Origin: an uncultured delta proteobacterium
GTDB lineage: Bacteria; Myxococcota_A; Polyangia; Polyangiales; B10-G4
Assembly: GCA_963727445.1 (NCBI GenBank)
Contig: CAVSGI010000008.1
Location: forward strand, 224,001-288,000
Reading direction: 5' to 3'
DNA length: 64,000 nt
This document shows positions 58,788 to 64,000 of the stretch, in pieces. Position numbers and translations under genes: made by a program. The notes beneath the pieces were generated by a model. It had not been told where the DNA came from and ran no database searches. It was given only the letters and a program-made list of their open reading frames with translations. Position 1 is the stretch's first letter, and the number at the start of each line of letters is the position of its first letter.

Positions 58788-59804
58788 GTGTCTCGATTCT
58801 TCCCGATCCTGTGCCTCGCTCTGCTGTGGCCGACCGCCGTCTCGGCCCAGGTACAGAGCGTCGACGAGACCCGCCTGCCGGCGCGCCTCGAAGCGCGCGG
58901 GTTCTCCGGCGACGAGCATTTCAAGGCGCTCGTCGGTGAGATCACCGTGCCCGAAGACGGCGCGCCCACGGCGCGGTGGTTCGACTGGCATGGCACCTCG
59001 ACGGACCGGGACGATTGGTGGCCCGCGTCCTCCATCAAGCTCTATGCGGCCATCGCCGCGCTCGAGACGACGCACGAGATGGGCTTCAGCCCGCGCGCCA
59101 CGCTCACCTATCACTACGAGAGTGAGGAGGAGGCGACCTATCGCGGCCGTCTCGCGGAGATCGTCCGTCACGCGATCGTATCCAGCAACAACCTCGCCTT
59201 CGATCGGCTGGTCGAGCTGGTCGGCATGGACACCATCAACCGCGAGTTCTTCACGCGCGACAACGGGCTCGGGAGCACGGTCTTCCTGCGCGCCTACGGC
59301 GGGCGCAACCGGCACCCCGACACCGGACACGCCATCAACCGGCACTCCCCCCCCATCACCATCGAGCAGGGCAGCCGCACCCGCGAGCTGCCGGCGCGCG
59401 ACGGAACCGGCGAGTACGCGTGCCCGGATCAGGGCAACTGCACCACGCTCCGACAGCTCGCGAACGCCATGTATCGGGTGATGCTCCACGAGCACCTCCC
59501 GGCGCGGCAGCGCTACGATCTCGGCGAGCGGGAGCTCGCGCTCCTGCGCCGCGTGCTCGAGATGCCGCGCCGCGAGCACGGACAGCTGCTGGTCGAGGCG
59601 GTGCAGACCGGCTTCGGCGAGGCGCCGGTGCGCGTCTATCACAAGCCCGGCTACGCCTATCGGTGGACGAGCGACGTGATGTTCGTGCACCGCACCGACA
59701 CCGATCAGCGCTTCATCATCGTCGCCGCCGGATGGCCCGGACGCCGCGTTCTCGACGAATCTCTCACGAAAATTTCGGAAATTCTGGCCGCAGGGGACCT
59801 CTGA
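58788..59804 (+). CDS. Serine hydrolase, class A beta-lactamase-like fold
   Basis: Signal peptide; SxxK (PASSIK), SxN (SSNN), KxG (HKPG). Confidence 0.82.
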   Translation: MSRFFPILCLALLWPTAVSAQVQSVDETRLPARLEARGFSGDEHFKALVGEITVPEDGAPTARWFDWHGTSTDRDDWWPASSIKLYAAIAALETTHEMGFSPRATLTYHYESEEEATYRGRLAEIVRHAIVSSNNLAFDRLVELVGMDTINREFFTRDNGLGSTVFLRAYGGRNRHPDTGHAINRHSPPITIEQGSRTRELPARDGTGEYACPDQGNCTTLRQLANAMYRVMLHEHLPARQRYDLGERELALLRRVLEMPRREHGQLLVEAVQTGFGEAPVRVYHKPGYAYRWTSDVMFVHRTDTDQRFIIVAAGWPGRRVLDESLTKISEILAAGDL

Positions 59805-59833
59805 GCGCTGACGCGTGCTACCTATAGCGCGCC

Positions 59834-61060
59834 GTGCGAAGCCTGATCCCGGCCACCGCCCTGCTCCTCCTGTTCGGATGCACGGAGGACGACGAGACCG
59901 GAAGCGAGAGCGTCCCCGCCGCGGAAACGGCGGAGACGGATTCCAACCCGGCGCCCGAGATCGCGCTCCCGGAGGACGAGCTCGCCGCCCTCGCCGCGCT
60001 CGGATACGTGGACCATGCGCCCGCCGAAAACCCCGAGGAGCGCGGCGTGACGACCCACGAGCTCGACGACGCGCGCGGGCTGAACCTCTACGGCTCGCGC
60101 GACCGCGCCGAAGCACTCCTGGTCGATCTCGAAGGGGAGGTGGTCCATCGCTGGGCGTCCGAACGCGACGAGGCCTGGATGCACATCGAGCCCCTCGGCG
60201 AAGGCGAGCTCCTCGCCATCACCAAGGACGTGGCGATCGCGAAGTACGACTGGGACTCGCAGGAGATTCGGCGCACCCGCCTGCCCGTGCACCACGACTT
60301 CGCCGTCCTCGAGGACGGCCGGATCCTCGCACTGATCCGCGGGCGCAGCTCCGTGACCCACGACGGAGCCACCCTCGAGGTCCTCTGCGACAGCATCGCC
60401 GTGCTCAGCCCCGACGGCGAGGTGCTGGAACGCCACCCTCTTCTGCCACTGCTGCGCAACCACTTCTCCTCGAACCGCCTCGACACCTTGAAGCGACGCG
60501 CGGACGAGGGAGGATTGAACGCCGATCTCCTGAGGGCGGGGGGCGTCGGCGACATGCTGCACACCAATTCGATAGCGGTCCTCGAGAAGGACATCGAGGG
60601 CGTCGCGCCCGCCGGCTCGATTCTGCTGTCGTTCCGAACGCTGAGCCGCCTCGCCATCCTCTCCGAGAGCATGGACGAGGTGCTCTGGATGTGGGGGCGG
60701 GGGGAGCTCGACGGCCAGCACGACGCCACACAGCTCGCGAACGGCCACCTGATGGCTTTCGACAACGGGCTCAAGCGCGCCGAGAAGAGCCGCGTGGTCG
60801 AGATCGACCCCGTCGCGGAAGAGGTGGTCTGGACCTTCGACCCCCCGGACCTCTACACGCGCCTGCGCGGCGGGGCTCAGAAGCTGTCGAACGGACACGT
60901 GCTGATCACCGAGTCCGACGCGGGCCACGCTCTCGAGGTGACGCCAGAGGGCGAGGTGGTCTGGGAGTTCTGGAATCCCGACGTGCGAGGCAGTCAACGC
61001 GCGACCATCTACCGCTTGAATCGATATCGGCGCTCACTCTTCCCGCAGCTGAGTCCCTGA
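59834..61060 (+). CDS. Arylsulfotransferase (ASST)-like beta-propeller lipoprotein
   Basis: LFGC lipobox; HHDF; HTNSI; QHDA; FDNG; SRVVEID; GGAQKLSNGHVLITES.G...EVTPEGEVVWEF. Confidence 0.88.
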   Translation: MRSLIPATALLLLFGCTEDDETGSESVPAAETAETDSNPAPEIALPEDELAALAALGYVDHAPAENPEERGVTTHELDDARGLNLYGSRDRAEALLVDLEGEVVHRWASERDEAWMHIEPLGEGELLAITKDVAIAKYDWDSQEIRRTRLPVHHDFAVLEDGRILALIRGRSSVTHDGATLEVLCDSIAVLSPDGEVLERHPLLPLLRNHFSSNRLDTLKRRADEGGLNADLLRAGGVGDMLHTNSIAVLEKDIEGVAPAGSILLSFRTLSRLAILSESMDEVLWMWGRGELDGQHDATQLANGHLMAFDNGLKRAEKSRVVEIDPVAEEVVWTFDPPDLYTRLRGGAQKLSNGHVLITESDAGHALEVTPEGEVVWEFWNPDVRGSQRATIYRLNRYRRSLFPQLSP

Positions 61061-61113
61061 CGCACCAGGTTTGTCGTTGCGACGATGGCGAGCCGTGTCA
61101 CACCCCCCTTCCG

Positions 61114-62130
61114 ATGCAGTACTGGTGGGAAGGACTACCGCGTCAGGAGCTCCTCGACGTCCCGTTTCGGGAGCTCGAGCTCGAGATCGAAGGCACCTGG
61201 CTGAGCGTCTGCATCAAGCGTCTCCGCGAAGAGCTGAAGGCCGCCGGCTACCGGCGCTTTCGCCCGCATTTCTACCTCGCTGACGAATGGTGCTGCGCCG
61301 ACGGCAACACCGGCGTGGGCGTGCCCTTCTACCTCGCGCATCCACGGCTGATGCGCCTCGAAGAGGCCATGATGCTCGAGGTCGAGGGAAACACGCGCCG
61401 GGAGTGCATGCGCCTTCTGCGCCACGAGACGGGCCACGCCCTGCAGCACGCCTACCATCTCGAGCGAAAGCGGCGCTGGCAGAAGCGCTTCGGCAAGGCC
61501 TCCGAGCCCTACCCCGAGTTCTACCGCCCGAACCCCATGAGCAAGTCCTACGTGCAGCACCTGGACGGCTGGTACGCGCAGAGCCATCCGGTGGAGGACT
61601 TCGCGGAGACCTTCGCGGTGTGGCTGAGGCCTCGCTCGCGGTGGCGTTCGGACTACCGGGGTTGGCCGGCGCTCGCCAAGCTCGAGTACGTGGACGAGCT
61701 CGCCGAGGAGCTCGGCGACGCGCCCATGCGCGTGCGCTCGCGCGGCAAGCCCTACGCGGCTTCGCAGCTACGCCACACGCTGCGCGACCACTACGAGCAG
61801 CGCCAGAGCCATTACTCCCCGGGCTACAGCGACGAGTACGACCGCGACCTCACGAAGATCTTCAGCGACTCCTCGCGCTATCGCCGCAACGAGACCGCCG
61901 CCTCCTTCATCCGCCGGCACAGAAAGGCGCTGCGCGAGCAGGTAGCGGAGTTCACCGGTGAGTACGTGTTCACGGTGGACCAGGTGCTGAACGAGATCAT
62001 CGGCCGCTGCCGCGAGCTGGGGCTCCGCCTGGACAAGAGCGAGCGCCGCACCCGCCTGCAGCTCGCCATCATGTTGAGCATCCACACCGTCCACATGCTC
62101 CATCAGCGGACGGAGTGGCATCCGCTCTGA
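61114..62130 (+). CDS. Putative zinc-binding metallopeptidase
   Basis: PFYLAHPRL..LE; LRHETGHA (HExxH); YAQSHPVEDFAETFAVWL; KLEYVD. Confidence 0.88.
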   Translation: MQYWWEGLPRQELLDVPFRELELEIEGTWLSVCIKRLREELKAAGYRRFRPHFYLADEWCCADGNTGVGVPFYLAHPRLMRLEEAMMLEVEGNTRRECMRLLRHETGHALQHAYHLERKRRWQKRFGKASEPYPEFYRPNPMSKSYVQHLDGWYAQSHPVEDFAETFAVWLRPRSRWRSDYRGWPALAKLEYVDELAEELGDAPMRVRSRGKPYAASQLRHTLRDHYEQRQSHYSPGYSDEYDRDLTKIFSDSSRYRRNETAASFIRRHRKALREQVAEFTGEYVFTVDQVLNEIIGRCRELGLRLDKSERRTRLQLAIMLSIHTVHMLHQRTEWHPL

Positions 62131-62151
62131 ATCCGGCGGCGGCAGCCGCCC

Positions 62152-62997
62152 TCAATCGCAGATCGCGGCGACGCCCGACACGCCGGAGGGGTGGCGGGTG
62201 AAGAGCGCCGGGTCGTGGCCGGGGATCACCTGCTCGGCGCCCACGCGCTGAACCGCCGCCGCCACGTCGGCCACGTTCGCCCGACGGTCGACGGTCACCG
62301 TGACCGGCTTTCTCTCCTCGATGTTCTGCCGCAGATAAGCCGCATCGGAAGCGAGGATCCAGGTGCGGCTCCCGCATCCGACCTCCACCATCACCTGATG
62401 CGCCGTGTGATGGCCCGCTTCGCGGACCACCAGCCCCGGCCACAGCTCGGCGCGCCGCCCTTCGAAAGTGGCGAGGCGTCCGGCGTCCTGTACCGGTCGC
62501 CTCAGCCGCGCGGGGACGCGCGCCCACTCGCCGGCGTGCACGTGAACCGTAGCGCCACCGAAGAGCGACAGCGCCCCCACGTGATCCCAGTGATGGTGCG
62601 TCAGCACGATGTCCGTCACGTCCGCGGGCGACAGGCCGGTGCGGGCGAGCGCACGCGTGACGTCCGTGGCGTGCGCGATCGACCATCGCTCCCGCAGCGC
62701 CTCCTGACCGCGTCGCGAGAAGGCATCGGTGCCAACGTCGATCAAGGTCACGTGTCCGCGGCCCACCAGCACGAAGAAGTACCAGCTCATGTCGACCGTC
62801 GTGGCGCCACCGCCGCGCACGAGCCGGCTGGTGGCGACTCCCTCCGAACGCGCGTACTCGACGGCGTAGAGTCGCTGCGCCTCGTCATGGGAGGCGGCGC
62901 GGAGATCGAGCTCCGCGCCCGCCTGCGTCTGCGCGAGCCCCGGGAGTCCGAGCCCCGCCATCAGGCACATCAGCGCGAGGCCACAGGTCCGTTTCAC
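62152..62997 (-). CDS. Secreted metallo-beta-lactamase-fold hydrolase (N-acyl-homoserine lactonase-like)
   Basis: Signal peptide; LIDVG; THHHWDHVG (HxHxDH); HTAHQ; LASDAAY; IPGHD. Confidence 0.85.
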   Translation of the reverse strand: MKRTCGLALMCLMAGLGLPGLAQTQAGAELDLRAASHDEAQRLYAVEYARSEGVATSRLVRGGGATTVDMSWYFFVLVGRGHVTLIDVGTDAFSRRGQEALRERWSIAHATDVTRALARTGLSPADVTDIVLTHHHWDHVGALSLFGGATVHVHAGEWARVPARLRRPVQDAGRLATFEGRRAELWPGLVVREAGHHTAHQVMVEVGCGSRTWILASDAAYLRQNIEERKPVTVTVDRRANVADVAAAVQRVGAEQVIPGHDPALFTRHPSGVSGVAAICD

Positions 62998-63187
62998 CCT
63001 CTGAGGATAGGGCCGGGGCTCCCGGCGATCGTCCCTGGGGGGCGAATTGATCGAAAAAAATAGGCCAAATGCCCCCCTTTGAGCCGATTTCGTCGAATTT
63101 TGTTGGCCAAGAGGCTTTTGACGGTCAAAAAACGCGCTGCTGGAAGCGCCGTGGCGCCTCCGAAACCACGTCTCAAGGAGAGTCTGC

Positions 63188-63526
63188 ATGTCCAAGAAGC
63201 TGACCGCCGTGAAGGAGCCCATGAACCGCACGGCTCTGTACAACGAAATTGCCGAGAACACCGGCCTCACCAAGAAGCAGGTGGCCTCGGTCGTCAACGA
63301 GCTCGCCGATCAGATCGAGCGTCACATCAAGAAGCGCGGCGCGGGGGTCTTCACCCTCCCGGGTCTCCTCAAGATCAAGACGGTGAAGAAGCCGGCCCGT
63401 CCGGCGCGCAAGGGAGTGCCCAACCCATTCAAGCCCGGTGAGCTCATGGACGTCGCGGCCAAGCCGGCCTCGGTCCGCGTGAAGATCACCCCGCTCAAGA
63501 GGGTGAAGGACATGGCGCTCAGCTGA
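63188..63526 (+). CDS. HU family DNA-binding protein
   Basis: AAGGAG RBS; IAENTGLTKKQV; FTLPGLLKI...KPARPARKGVPNPF; AKPAS..VK..PLK. Confidence 0.93.
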   Translation: MSKKLTAVKEPMNRTALYNEIAENTGLTKKQVASVVNELADQIERHIKKRGAGVFTLPGLLKIKTVKKPARPARKGVPNPFKPGELMDVAAKPASVRVKITPLKRVKDMALS

Positions 63527-63553
63527 GCACCATCGTCATTCGGAAGTATCGTG

Positions 63554-63580
63554 GACGCCCCCTTCGAGGGGGCGTTTCTC
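63554..63580 (+). terminator. Intrinsic terminator hairpin after HU, between convergent genes
   Basis: ACGCCCCC-TTCGA-GGGGGCGT stem-loop followed by TTCTCGTTT. Confidence 0.75.
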
Positions 63581-63582
63581 GT

Positions 63583-63999
63583 TTAAGGCGCGCTGGCCGC
63601 CGGATAGCAAGCGTCACCTTCGGGCACGCAGGTCGGCGGCACCCAGGCGCACTCGAAGTCCCCGTAGTGATCCTGGTAGCGGCTCTCGAAGTCGCTGCAG
63701 GTGGGGTTGCTCCGATGGATGCAGTCGAAGTCCTGGTCGACCTCGATGGCGCGCGGGTCGGGAGCGATCTCGACGGCACCCCGGACGATGGTGGTCTCGC
63801 TCCCCGCGCGGAAGAAATGCGCCTGCGCGGTGGGCGGCCGTGAGTCGGCGGTCTCGATCAGAAGGATGCAGTCGAGCCCCGTCTCGGTCTCGTTGCTCGC
63901 GTCGAATGGGTCGTGCGGGCCCGCGATGTCGCCGCTCGGCGCCCAGTGGCCATCGCCGCCATCGGTGATGTCGAGGGTCCCGTCGTTGGTGGCCACCAT
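63583..63999 (-). CDS. Hypothetical Cys-containing protein, 5' end probably outside the window
   Basis: Open frame runs to the window edge; codon use fits other genes; C-terminal Cys cluster. Confidence 0.65.
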   Translation of the reverse strand: MVATNDGTLDITDGGDGHWAPSGDIAGPHDPFDASNETETGLDCILLIETADSRPPTAQAHFFRAGSETTIVRGAVEIAPDPRAIEVDQDFDCIHRSNPTCSDFESRYQDHYGDFECAWVPPTCVPEGDACYPAASAP

Positions 64000-64000
64000 G

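Noticed and set aside
1..64000. tRNA, rRNA, transposase, integrase, prophage or recognisable defence island
   Set aside because: None recognised by eye on either strand; tRNAscan-SE, Infernal and DefenseFinder would be needed to exclude them formally.

Overview
A gene-dense, very GC-rich window (about 70% by eye) of bacterial chromosome. Gene content points to a myxobacterium (Myxococcota, Polyangiales/Sandaracinus-like): three Ser/Thr kinases, an FHA protein, many Cys- and Asp-rich lipoproteins, a DUF1592/DUF1552 pair and DUF6178. I can support about 57 CDS, including TetR/ICMT, a SlyD-like protein, a calerythrin-like EF-hand protein, flavoenzymes, a DEAD-box helicase, GH13, an L,D-transpeptidase, pit/DUF47, DUF4398/OmpA, an Lnt-like hydrolase with AraC, LysR-hmgA-hppD, modABC, a YVTN/di-heme protein, infA, an EthA-like monooxygenase, an M1 peptidase, a sulfatase/serine hydrolase/arylsulfotransferase trio and HU. 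I saw no tRNA, rRNA, CRISPR array, IS element or integrase. Main observations: (1) seven genes carry about 11 frame breaks, most in or beside GATC; four are the same GATCTG->GATTCTG insertion, and there is a possible GATC->GATT change in a conserved helicase Arg codon. This is what a DNA modification at GATC could leave in a long-read assembly. (2) About 15 genes have a TANNNT box 6-8 nt before the start codon and no Shine-Dalgarno, suggesting widespread leaderless mRNA. (3) A degenerate SlyD is fused to a hemerythrin-like module, next to a structured intergenic region and two small ORFs. (4) An 'LxALGYV' motif is shared by the sulfatase C-terminus and the arylsulfotransferase N-terminus. (5) A tandem repeat is inserted in the DUF1592 protein. 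All family calls are from motif recognition; no database search was run.
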